64,000 nt of DNA from Neoechinorhynchus agilis. Lineage: Eukaryota > Animalia > Acanthocephala. Shown piece by piece: positions 1 to 16,664 of this stretch (its first letter is position 1; each line of letters opens with the position of its first letter). Made by a program: the position numbers and the translations under genes. The stretch is taken from NCBI GenBank assembly GCA_051530055.1, contig CM121341.1, forward strand, positions 4,442,784 through 4,506,783, read 5' to 3'. The notes beneath the pieces are model-generated. The model worked only from the letters and a program-made list of their open reading frames with translations. It did no database searches and had not been told where the DNA came from.

Positions 1-3
1 CAT

Positions 4-312
4 ACAATTCACATTGACCGCAATCGAGATTATTTTATGAGATTTACAAAGTATTTTCTGCACGTAAAGTCCTGATGCTCACGTTTAGGCTAGTAAATCT
101 TAGGAACTTTAATAAAAGCAAATCCACCAAAACAATATGTTAAATTTTATTTGCATTTGAACAATGCTTTTGTTCATATCTTTTAGACGTTATTCATCAG
201 GGCGTTTTTTAGCAGACAATTCGCATTGACCGCAATCGAGATTATTTTATGAGATTTACAAAGTATTTTCTGCACGGAAAGTCCTGATGCTCACGTTTAG
301 GCTAGTAAATCT
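4..312. repeat. Direct repeat with about 212-bp period (roughly 97 bp visible twice); probably the end of an array continuing left of the window
   Basis: acaattc(a/g)cattgaccgcaatcgagattattttatgag...gctagtaaatctt occurs at 4 and 216. Confidence 0.85.
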
Positions 313-925
313 TAAAACGAAAGTTTTAATTCAAACTAGAATTTAAATGATTTTTCCAACGGAGTATCGTATCCGTTTGAAGATTTTAAAATTTATTGTC
401 TTGCAAAATAAGGTAATCTGATGAGCCTTGAGCAATCTTCTTGTAAAACTACCTTTATTTCCGAGAAAAAGAATTTGCGATCATTTCTATATTCGAAAAT
501 CGTTCGAATTAATGGAAAAAATAGTTCCTGATAAGAGGCGTTTGCTGAGTTTGTATCACGTTTCGATCGATTCAATCCTCCGAAAATGAGTATTTAGTTC
601 AAGCGAAAGATCGACGTTGAACTTTTCTTTTATGGCCCTTCTTTTTGTCTGTAGCGAGTACAATTTCTTCATTCACCAAATATTACTGAATAGAAAAATT
701 AGGAACCTTAATTTAAAAGTCAAGCCTGAAATCAGCTATTTTTCTCTACTTATAAACTTTTTGCCGCCATATTAAACTTTGGCGCAACTATAAGATTTAA
801 TGAAATGAAACTCTTTTTCGTTAAAATTGTAAGGGTCCCAAAAATCTCAATTTCTGTACTATTACTAACGTTGGGGCGATTGATCCAGCGAAAAATCAAT
901 GAATAATAAGAAAAACCTAGAATAT

Positions 926-1945
926 TTAGGACACTTCATCAATCAGAATTTCTTTGATACGTTTTCCTTGCCATAATTTATGTTCCTTTAATCCCAGGAG
1001 ATAAAATACCGTCGGCAAAATATCGCCACCGCTGACCCAGTTCTGGATAATGTAATTCTCCTTCACTCCGGCACCAGCAAACATTACCGGAATCCTCAAT
1101 GTCTGATCGGATGTCTTTGAATGACCAAACTCTTCACCGCCATGGTCCGAGGAAAGGACAATGAGCGTTTGGGAAGAGTCGATTTCATCGAGAATTAACC
1201 CCAGTGAGTCGTCCACTCTTTTAAGAGCTTCGAGATATTCTTGAGAACACCAGCCATGCGAATGACCAGCGGCATCGACTTCATTGAAATATTCTCGAGT
1301 AGGTATCGAAAAGGAAGCCTTCGAAACCTTCTCGGCATAAATGAACGAATAAGATAACGGAATTTGTTTATCATTCATTACAGTCTTAAGAAACCTCACA
1401 GCATTTGTGGCAATCTCCAAACTGTGATCTTTGCATTTCTCCGATCGATCGCTATAGAATTCCCAATCAATGCTTCCTTTGATCGATTCGCTTCCCAGAT
1501 ACTTAAACCACGGCCAATCATATATCAAAGCTGTTTTAGCTTTGGGATTGGCTTGTTTTAGAACTCGAAATGCAGTAGGCAAATAACCGCCATCATCGAG
1601 TACTGAACTCACCAAATTAGAATGATTGAACGGTGGCCAAGGTGGAATCCAGGAATTATCGAGCATTCCGGTTCGCTCCACGTTCATTGAACACAACTGA
1701 AGCGCCCAGCACGGAGCGCTATAAGTTATTGGAGATGTGAGCCCCTTCTCAAGGGTCAAGGATCCTCGTCGTCCGATTCGGTGCATTATATTGTCCGGTT
1801 TGTTTTGACCAATATCCAAGCAATTCGGTTTGAGGCCATCAATTCCGATGTGAAGAACGTGTTTGATTTTAGTAGAGTTTGGCATCGCGCAGGAGCAAGC
1901 GATAAGCAATTCCACTACGCCGAGGAGGAGGAAATTCTTCATCAC
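926..1945 (-). CDS. Alkaline phosphatase / phosphodiesterase superfamily enzyme with signal peptide
   Basis: Hydrophobic N-terminus; HVLHIGIDGL, EVDAAGHSHGW and LIVLSSDHGG metal-binding motifs; 339-aa open frame. Confidence 0.85.
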   Translation of the reverse strand: MMKNFLLLGVVELLIACSCAMPNSTKIKHVLHIGIDGLKPNCLDIGQNKPDNIMHRIGRRGSLTLEKGLTSPITYSAPCWALQLCSMNVERTGMLDNSWIPPWPPFNHSNLVSSVLDDGGYLPTAFRVLKQANPKAKTALIYDWPWFKYLGSESIKGSIDWEFYSDRSEKCKDHSLEIATNAVRFLKTVMNDKQIPLSYSFIYAEKVSKASFSIPTREYFNEVDAAGHSHGWCSQEYLEALKRVDDSLGLILDEIDSSQTLIVLSSDHGGEEFGHSKTSDQTLRIPVMFAGAGVKENYIIQNWVSGGDILPTVFYLLGLKEHKLWQGKRIKEILIDEVS

Positions 1946-2399
1946 GAATCAGCGATGAGAGGAATTCGCAAACGCAAGAAGTCTTATATTTTATTGTAAA
2001 TCGTGAAATTTGGGATATAATAAAGTATCCGAATTTATGTGCGCGTCGAAATGGGCGAAGGATAGGTTGTTGGGATCAGAAAATTACTGGCACTTTCGCA
2101 ATTAAGCTTTGATTTTAAAATCGTGTTTCGTGAATTGCGATGATTGGGTGCACTTTGTTTATTTAAAAAATGCCACATAGACACGTTTTAAAAATTAATT
2201 TAACAACAATCAGAGGCATAAGAACAAGACTGAGTGTCGGATTGATCTCAAATTCCTCAGTCTTTTCCTGTTGCTGTCAAGACTTGTTTGGCCTCTTAAC
2301 AACATCTTATTACTCTGACCGCTATATTCGAATCCACTGTCAGGCATTTGGCTGGTGGATAAAGGCCACATTGTTGTACTCGCTTTCCAATTCGATTCT

Positions 2400-3060
2400 A
2401 AAACTAATATCAATAATCCGTAGTTCTCAACTCCAGGGCTAAATCGAGGTATTTCGCCGTTTTCCTTCCACAGCGCTCGCTGCACCTCCAGCTCGAACCG
2501 CCGAGAACTTGAGATTGCTGGCTTCGAGTTTGTGGACACAAGTGGCGTCCTAGAGGAGGCATTTACCCTCCAGCCACGGAAATGTGGTGACTGTCTCGAG
2601 TATGTTTTAAATGCCCAGCTTTCGCATTCAATCATCCACCAACGAATTCGCAAGCGATGATACGAAAACTATCCAACTTCTCAGAGAGACATATCCTCGA
2701 CCCACTGGTCATCTAGAATATTCGGAGATGATCCCCTCGTGCACCCCGTTAGAGTTTTCGGTTGATGTTGTTAAGAAAGCCGTTTCTTCGTTCGCAAATG
2801 GGTCAGCCGATGGGATCGACGGGCTTCCGTAGGTGATCCATCCAATGTTCTCCTGAACGCCTTGACTCGGTTAGTCGACGTTTTCTCTGGAGACAACCTG
2901 TCCCCCCAAGCGATCGAATTGTTTTTTTGCGCTTCCCTCCGCGCTTTAGAAAAGAAGGACGGTGGGATTCGTCCCATCGCGATTGGCTCTACATTGAGAC
3001 GACCAGCAGGGAAAGTGATTTCTAGGCGAGTCTCAAAAGGTGTTGCTGAAATTCTTTGTC
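2400..3060 (+). mobile_element. Degenerate CRE-type non-LTR retrotransposon RT fragment
   Basis: AVSSFANGSADGIDGL and ALEKKDGGIRPIAIGSTLRR; closely resembles the RT at 63700-64000; contains stops; ends approximate. Confidence 0.8.
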
Positions 3061-3799
3061 CAGTTCAACTAGACTGCTGCACTCCTTGTGGGCGCGGAAG
3101 CCATAGTCCACGAACAAATACAAAGGATTTCATTGGAGACGAATTTAAATTTAAAATGATGATCATGAAAGTGTTCATAGAGCGAATGCGAAATGCTTAT
3201 TTTACTTTAAAGCTTTCCTTGAGCACCTTCTTTATCCGTCATCATTTTGAGATTCAATTCGTTTCCAGCCACGGAAATACGGTTTCCCCATCAGGTCTAC
3301 GCCGGTCGTCCCTACAGAAGTTAACAGGTTCCAAAATATTTTGGAACCCGCCTACAGAAGTTGACAGGTTCCAAAATATTTAGGGTATTTGAGGCGTAAC
3401 AAGTGCCCGGCTCAGCACCATGTTAATTTCGGAATGTCTATTTAAAGAATTTACAACCTTCGATGGTAGTACTCGAAATGTTATCGTTTGAAATATGACT
3501 TTTTAGTATAAAGATGGTCGATAAAGTATTTGTCCCTAGTCAAAAGATTTTATATCTATTTTTATGCATTTAAGAATTACAGAAAAATAACGCAGTCATC
3601 TCGTGTCTCGAACAAATACTGGTTCGTAAATCAACTAATTTTTCAGACTAAAATAATCCCACAATTTTAAGCTTATTGTCACGAATAAACATATAAAAAT
3701 CAATAAATTAGTTGTCCACTTACGCCGGATCCATAAATTATATTTATAAAGCTTAACATCTTATTGAGTTTAGATAATTTTGCCCTACAAAATTTTTCT

Positions 3800-4687
3800 C
3801 GTTGCATGCCATTAAACGGTTTCTGCCCCTTTCTTAAACCCTTTTGAATCACACGATCATTTACACTGGTAATGTTTCATTATTTTGGTTTAAAAAGTTT
3901 AATATTTCATTTCGATACTCAACCACCAAAAGCGAATTAATTTTTCCTCCGCCACTCATCAAGTCCCGGACATAATTTCGTTCTGCGAAATACCATCGAT
4001 TTTGGCATCGTGATCGCGCTCTTAAAATGCGACAAAGCTATCGTTTCATAGTATTTCCAAATCTCTTCGATTTTCCTTTGGTCTGGATAAACCCGAATTC
4101 CCGCGAATGATTAATGATTTCTTATCTTAAAAACTTCGCATCATCCCACAATTAAAGATAAAAAATCATCTTTAGGAATGAGCTTCCATGATTAGCAATA
4201 TTAGGTCTGAAGCATTCGACCGTGAGTTCAGCTCAACAATATTCTCATCGCAAGATTTTTCGCCCTCAACCGCTGCATTCATGTAAACGATGTTCCAATC
4301 CTTTATGCCGTCCAGAACATAAAGGAAATTTATACTTGTAAGAATTTGTTCACAATTTGAGTATAAACTTCAGGCGTAAATAACAACGTTTCTATATCCA
4401 TTCCAGATAACATAATCGCGGACGCCAATGGCACAAATAGAGCTCAATTTATATTTGTCCTCATCTCTTAGTTTAAACTTAATCTGGCCGAACTGCTGTA
4501 TTCGGAGTTCACTTCCACATTTGTCGAAGTTAAGAGAAGGGTTCGTAAGACTTTCTTTAAGAATAAAGAATGAGTCGACCTTTTCTGGTTTTTCTTGAAG
4601 TGTCTCTATGTCTTTTTTATAGATTGAGAAGGAAGGACAGGCGAACGGAATTATGGCCCAGAACTTAAACACCAAAGCCGTTAACAT
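3800..4687 (-). CDS. Interrupted glycosyltransferase-like gene (GT25-like LIMEDDA motif after joining); could be a pseudogene
   Basis: N-terminal hydrophobic segment; removing 41-nt and 38-nt hairpin segments yields ENLAMRILLIMEDDA; 3' end uncertain. Confidence 0.45.
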
Positions 4688-5107
4688 CTTTTGCTAGGAT
4701 TTCAACTGCTCGTGAACTTAGCGACAAACGTCAGTTTGAGGTGCATTACTCATTAAAATCTCTATTTTATAAAATGAGTAAATGAAAACTTTATTCACAT
4801 ATTTTTCGAAAGCAAGTTTCGCTTTCCGTTGAGTCCAGTTTTTTATTTTGGGATCTTTTATTAAGATTTTTTAGATGAGATTGTTCAAAGCACATCACGA
4901 ACCTTTCATAAACGAGAAACTGTTATGATTGAGCTTTAAGATTTATTTTTAAAATGCGACACATGATCATCTTCTAAAAATTCGAATACCATTCAGCTTT
5001 GAGGTTCACAAAATACACAGGAAATTGATATTTTTATTAACCACATTTTTTTTTCAGCAAATGGCAACACCAACATTGCACACCAATAAATATTTATTAT
5101 TAAAATT

Positions 5108-6415
5108 TCACTCAAACTCTAGACCCTCAAAACGTTTGTGTGATCCATACATTAGTTCATGACTATTAGAAAATGGATATCGTCCTTGATCAGGAAAATC
5201 TTCAGCCAGAATTCTTTTAAAACTTTCATCATCAATGTGAGCTTCAATAATCAGCTGCAGTCCTTTTTGCGATGGAACTAATAAAAATTCTTTGCTGCGA
5301 TTCCGATCATTCACGAGATAAGCCATATGATTGAAAAGTTTATGAATGATGCGAATAAGATAATCGTAGCTTTCATCAGTGGCGTTATTTAATTCATCAA
5401 CAACCTTTATCATTTCACTATAAATGTTATTTTTATCCAACAAAGAGTTCAATAACTTCACTGTCAGTTTTTTGTCAGCGTTGTACTCGTCAAAATCAGA
5501 GCATTGTGTTTCAAATGTCCGATAATATTTTAAGATCATTAAAGCAACTTCACCGATCGATTGTATAGTTTGGGCAAATTTCCGAGAAGCAAACATTTCT
5601 TGAGATTGAAGATCGACAATCTCGTTTGATATCAATTCCGCTTCTCGTAAACTTAAGCAAGGCTTCATCATTTTCTCCGATGTACTGAAAGTAACTTGAT
5701 CCACCTTAATATCGAGAATCTTACGGTTGCAATTATTTATTTGCTTCAATAATATTGATTTAATTCGATCAGCTTGACGCTTCCTGTCTCTTAAAAGCTT
5801 AATCGTAGAAGCCCAGGAAATATGTTGCTCTTTATTTAGTTTATCTTTATACTTTAATCGCTTTTCCGTTGCAACCTTTAATTGAACCTCCCATTCAGAA
5901 CACTCACCTTCCAATCTAACAACCTCAGATTCTATTGCATGTATTTTATCCTGCTTCTGATTGAGAATCTCCATTAAATGAAGTCTATGATCCTCCAAAT
6001 CAGACACTTTTAAAAGTGCGGATTCTCTTTTGGAACCGATCGCATTTACCGACTTGCCAACTCTTTTTCTTGCCATTTGAAGTTCGAATTGCTTCGATCT
6101 TAAAACGTGTTCACTCTTTTGGTATTCGTGATTATTCGATTTTGCCATTAATTGAAGATCTCTGATTGTTTGGGCAAACCGTTTTGATTCTACTTTTAGT
6201 AAAAATGAACGAACAACGCTTGTTTCTCTATTTTTCTCAAGAGAAGTTAGCCGCGATCGCAAATCATTGTTCGTAGTTTCCAATCGAACATACAGCTCAG
6301 TCTTATCTCGATTTGTATCATCCAAAACTGCTGATTTACGCCTTAAATCATTAAACATCATTCTGAGATTTTGGATCTCACGAGAAGTCTCGATCTTCGT
6401 CGTTATGCCCTGCAA
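5108..6415 (-). CDS. Long coiled-coil protein (possibly the 3' part of the 6606-7928 gene)
   Basis: 435-codon open frame, K/E/L/Q-rich; no ATG at the 5' edge of the open frame. Confidence 0.7.
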   Translation of the reverse strand: MQGITTKIETSREIQNLRMMFNDLRRKSAVLDDTNRDKTELYVRLETTNNDLRSRLTSLEKNRETSVVRSFLLKVESKRFAQTIRDLQLMAKSNNHEYQKSEHVLRSKQFELQMARKRVGKSVNAIGSKRESALLKVSDLEDHRLHLMEILNQKQDKIHAIESEVVRLEGECSEWEVQLKVATEKRLKYKDKLNKEQHISWASTIKLLRDRKRQADRIKSILLKQINNCNRKILDIKVDQVTFSTSEKMMKPCLSLREAELISNEIVDLQSQEMFASRKFAQTIQSIGEVALMILKYYRTFETQCSDFDEYNADKKLTVKLLNSLLDKNNIYSEMIKVVDELNNATDESYDYLIRIIHKLFNHMAYLVNDRNRSKEFLLVPSQKGLQLIIEAHIDDESFKRILAEDFPDQGRYPFSNSHELMYGSHKRFEGLEFE

Positions 6416-6605
6416 CTCATCTTTGGCAATAAATAGTCAGTTTGTTGAGAGAAAAGAGAAAACTAGTAAATTCAGATGGTAGGACAAGTGAATAATCTAA
6501 AATGGTTGGCCATTGGTTTATCACGAGACCGGAGAGTTCGCTACTTTTCAAAAAAAACAAATGGTAGAAATATTCGCTTGATTTCTAAAATGATGGTCAA
6601 CAAAC

Positions 6606-7928
6606 TTACAATGTCATAAGTAAGGCATCTTTATCTTTGCGATGATTTCGCTTCAACAACTCAAGATCAGATTCACTCGATTCCGTGGCTCGTTTAGCGG
6701 CCACTAATTTGTCATGAAGCAATAATTTCTTCTCTTGAAAAGGTTCTAACTCAGCTTGCTTTTTAAGCACCTTAGAAATAAGAATTTCGATTTCCATTCG
6801 GATCTTAAACATCGATTCCCATGATTCATTGTCCGATTGACTTTTAAGCATTTCCAAAGTCGTAAAAAGTTTAGAATTTCGTTCGTTTTTAATGCTCTTT
6901 GTATTTTGTAGTCGATCGGCTATCTGCTGTTCCAGAGCAGCAATACTTCGACGAGCTTGACTGCACTCGTCCATTATTGAGATTATTTGTTTATGCGTTT
7001 CGTCGGATGTTCTTTTCATTTTGCTCATTTCCTCTTTTGAATTTCTTAAATTTAATTTAGTGTTTACCTTTTGCTTCTTAAGGTCGTTAATTTTAGCTAT
7101 GATTTGCTTCGAAGCGTTTTCGGTCAATTTGAGTGTTTCGTTTTGCACCTTCAGCTCAGATTGATTTTGAGTCAACAGTCTTTGTTTTTGCCCAAATCTC
7201 CACTTTACGTTGGAAACATCTTCGTTTAGCTTTGCATTTACCACGTCTAACTCATTCATCTTCTTTGTGAGTATTCCGATCCACCGAATTATTTCGCTAC
7301 TTTCCCTTTGCTGATTTCCAATATCCATATCAATGGCCGTTATTTTGGTTTCATAATTTCCAACTTCAATTCCGACTGCTTTTAACCTCGAAAACTCATT
7401 CTCCGTAGACCGATGAATCGTTTCTAAGACGTTATTCTGCATCTTTCGCTGTTCATCCAACGTCTTCAAATTAAACATCTCCTTGCCTAGTAATTGCTTC
7501 GCATTCTTATACTCTTCAAGCAGCTTTTCTCGATCCTTTCCAAACCGCTCAATAGTTAGGTTAAACCTTTTAACCTCCTTCTCAGTCTCATACGTTGCTC
7601 TCTTCTTCTCCTTTAAAAGTTTTGCAGCCTCTTTCATGAAATTCAAAATTTCCGTTTTTTTCCTCGTCGTATCGATCAATAACTCTTCAGCTCTTTCCAC
7701 CTTTTTCTTTATTTTCACCAAAGACGAAGTGTTCAAATATTTATTTTTCAAGAGTTTTGTCTCCTTTTTCACCTCCCGCAAACTCGATTGTTGAACGCAC
7801 ATTGAACGTCCAAGAGCTTTGGTCTCCTCCTTTACACCTTTGAGCATTATTTGCGTGCGATGCGATAATGCTCGAATGTGACTGATTTTATCTCGCAACG
7901 ATTGCTTATATGCCGATTTTGGATCCAT
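6606..7928 (-). CDS. Long coiled-coil protein
   Basis: 440-codon open frame from ATG, heptad-like K/E/L-rich composition; a GTAAGT donor overlaps its stop. Confidence 0.75.
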   Translation of the reverse strand: MDPKSAYKQSLRDKISHIRALSHRTQIMLKGVKEETKALGRSMCVQQSSLREVKKETKLLKNKYLNTSSLVKIKKKVERAEELLIDTTRKKTEILNFMKEAAKLLKEKKRATYETEKEVKRFNLTIERFGKDREKLLEEYKNAKQLLGKEMFNLKTLDEQRKMQNNVLETIHRSTENEFSRLKAVGIEVGNYETKITAIDMDIGNQQRESSEIIRWIGILTKKMNELDVVNAKLNEDVSNVKWRFGQKQRLLTQNQSELKVQNETLKLTENASKQIIAKINDLKKQKVNTKLNLRNSKEEMSKMKRTSDETHKQIISIMDECSQARRSIAALEQQIADRLQNTKSIKNERNSKLFTTLEMLKSQSDNESWESMFKIRMEIEILISKVLKKQAELEPFQEKKLLLHDKLVAAKRATESSESDLELLKRNHRKDKDALLMTL

Positions 7929-8589
7929 AATTTTCTATATCTTCTCTGATGACTTTTTTCTCTCTCGAAAAACCCCATTTATGAGGATTTTATTCAGACG
8001 AGTTTCTATAGCGACCGGTAATGGGGGGGGGCGGAACGCTTTTTATACCGATACAATACACTGATCGCTTTTTAATAAAATTAAAGAAAAAAAACTCGTG
8101 TGTTCGCATAGGCCACCAAAGTCCGATTATGAGAGTTTTCGTTTGAACAACATTTTCGTGATTTTTTTGTTTAAAAAAATCAAGTGATGAGCGTTTTTAC
8201 TAAATCGATGGAGATCGAAAAAGGAATAACGAAACGTATCAGTTGTTTGATCAAACGACAATTGATGAAAATTGAACAACTTCAACTTCGTCCTTAATAG
8301 GATTTGTTTTCGAGATATATACTCTTTTGTACTACTGTTAGCCTGCAACATTGAACCGATATCCTGATTTTACTAAACAAATGGCCTAATGGACAAAGAA
8401 CAACCATTAGTATTACTTCGATCAATTATATTTAATCTATATTGGTAATACGAATTTGAACCTCTGAACAATCATTATCGTCATTCACAAATAAACGAGA
8501 CAACTACACTCATTTCGAGTTGCGAAATTTAAACCTGAACAAATCTCGACAGTTTTATCGAGTTTAAACTCTTATTTTCAGAATTCATA

Positions 8590-14010
<5,421 letters not shown>

Positions 14011-14427
14011 TGGATTCGTGATAACCAGAAGGATTTCTATAAACTTTCTTAAACGCAAAAACGTTTTGAGTGTTTTTTAAGAAACTGAAGCTACGCCTCA
14101 AAGATTTAAACAACGCCATAAGTTTAATGCGGGGCATGTGAGTAACAAAAAAAATGAACTTGTTTCAAAACGACATTTACGGCCCAAAGAAAACTAACTT
14201 TCAAAAAAATTAATTTTGGTCAAATCTAAGAATATACAAGAGTCATTCTAGGCTTGATGATTTGCCCAGTAAACGTTATTTGACTGCAAAATAAGTTAGA
14301 GTACGCGAATGTGATCATGGGCTATTTATTTTCGAAAAATATTGCGAAGTATGGAAAAAAATTTAAATGTGAATACATTTTACATTGAATCATCCGGTTC
14401 GAATTTTAGGATTATGCAGAAATTCCT

Positions 14428-16139
14428 ATTTTAAATAATTCATCGTCGCTATTTTAATGCTGAATTCTTCATTAAACTGTAAGATTTGCATATTTAATAC
14501 CAAAAAGAAACTAAGACGATTGTCGTAAGAGTAAAACCCAATAAAAATCGAGCGATCAAAATTGTTCTCTTAATAATTAATTCCTCCCATTTGTAGAAAA
14601 TTATCGAAAAGTAACACTTTTTTTCCAGTTAACTTCGAGCTTCGAATTTCTAATAAAACTTCTTAGCTTTAAAAGTTGAAAATTGAACCTCCAGAAAAAA
14701 GGCTTGAACGGAAATTTTAAATAATTCATCGTCGCTATTTTAATGCTGAATTCTTCATTAAACTGTAAGATTTGCATATTTAATACCAAAAAGAAACTAA
14801 GACGATTGTCGTAAGAGTAAAACCCAATAAAAATCGAGCGATCAAAATTGTTCTCTTAATAATTAATTCCTCCAGTTTGTAGAAAATTATCGAAAAGTAA
14901 CACTTTTTTTCCAGTTAACTTCGAGCTTCGAATTTCTAATAAAACTTCTTAGCTTTAAAAGTTGAAAATTGAACCTCCAGAAAAAAGGCTTGAACGGAAA
15001 TTTTAAATAATTCATCGTCGCTATTTTAATGCTGAATTCTTCATTAAACTGTAAGATTTGCATATTTAATACCAAAAAGAAACTAAGACGATTGTCGTAA
15101 GAGTAAAACCCAATAAAAATCGAGCGATCAAAATTGTTCTCTTAATAATTAATTCCTCCAGTTTGTAGAAAATTATCGAAAAGTAACTTTTTTTCCAGTT
15201 AACTTCGAGCTTCGAATTTCTAATAAAACTTCTTAGCTTTAAAAGTTGAAAATTGAACTCCAGAAAAAAAGGCTTGAACGGAAATTTTAAATAATTCACC
15301 GTCGCCATTTTAATGCTGAATTCTTCATTAAACTGTAAGATTTGCATATTTAATACCAAAAAGAAACTAAGACGATTGTCGTAAGAGTAAAACCCAATAA
15401 AAATCGAGCGATCAAAATTGTTCTCTTAATAATTAATTCCTCCAGTTTGTAGAAAATTATCGAAAAGTAACATTTCTTTTCCAGTTAACTTCGAGCTTCG
15501 AATTTCTAATAAAACTTCTTAGGTTTAAAAGTTGAAAATTGAACCTCCAGAAAAAAGGCTTGAACGAAAAAATAATTCATCGTCGCTATTTTAATGCTGA
15601 ATTCTTCATTAAACTGTAAGATTTGCATATTTAATACCAAAAAGAAACTAAGACGATTGTCGTAAGAGTAAAACCCAATAAAAATCGAGCGATCAAAATT
15701 GTTCTCTTAATAATTAATTCCTCCCATTTGTAGAAAATTATCGAAAAGTAACATTTCTTTTCCAGTTAACTTCGAGCTTCGAATTTCTAATAAAACTTCT
15801 TAGGTTTAAAAGTTGAAAATTGAACTCCAGAAAAAAGGCTTGAACGGAAATTTTAAATAATTCATCGTCGCCATTTTAATGCTGAATTCTTCATTAAACT
15901 GTAAGATTTGCATATTTAATACCAAAAAGAAACTAAGACGATTGTCGTAAGAGTAAAACCCAATAAAAATCGAGCGATCAAAATTGTTCTCTTAATAATT
16001 AATTCCTCCAGTTTGTAGAAAATTATCGAAAAGTAACACTTTTTTTCCAGTTAACTTCGAGCTTCGAATTTCTAATAAAACTTCTTAGGTTTAAAAGTTG
16101 AAAATTGAACCTCCAGAAAATAGGCTTCAACTGAAATTC
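14428..16139. repeat. Tandem array, 286-bp unit, about 6 copies
   Basis: attttaaataattcatcgtcg recurs at 14428, 14714, 15000 and onward. Confidence 0.95.
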
Positions 16140-16664
16140 GAGATTGTCTGATCGATTCGGTCAAATTATCGCGATCAATAAAGTTGTTAGTACTCAAGAT
16201 CACTTGTCATTTATGCAATTTATCTTCTTTCGTTTTAGGAATTTTTGAACTTGATTAATTGTTCTTCAAACCTCAGTTAAGCTATAAAGACCTGCTCTTT
16301 ACCATTTTATCTTCCTGGACTTCTCTTCCATCGCTCCCAAAATTCAATTTGAGATATTCCTTAATATTTTTTCTGGGACCAAGTGGTTTAATTAACATTT
16401 ATTCGATAGATGAAATCAGAAAAGGTTATGGATCGCTCAATCGATGGCCTAACACACGGCTCTCGGACTTCGGCGTCGTTAATGAAATCCATTTAACTCA
16501 CTGGAATGCGTTTGGGATAATTGGGGATGATAGTTCAATTATCACGTTTCTTAACTTTCTAATGCTGACATCTCTGACTTTAAGCATTTCCGGTACACAT
16601 TGAACGAAATCACTTCGAAATTGGAATCTTAGTTTTGAGACAATCATGAATTTCATTTTCGTCT

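Noticed and set aside
3311-3381. Two 31-bp direct copies with a central ggttccaaaatattttggaacc palindrome
   Set aside because: Real but short and isolated; no function or family can be supported.
3381-3538. Possible TAGGG-ended hAT MITE
   Set aside because: Only 5 terminal bases match and the flanking 8-mers (aaaatatt, gtcaaaag) are not a duplication.
14419-16139. gaaattc direct repeat flanking the 286-bp array as a TSD in a host gene
   Set aside because: The motif resembles part of the unit itself, no TIR is present, and removal gives no long frame on either strand.
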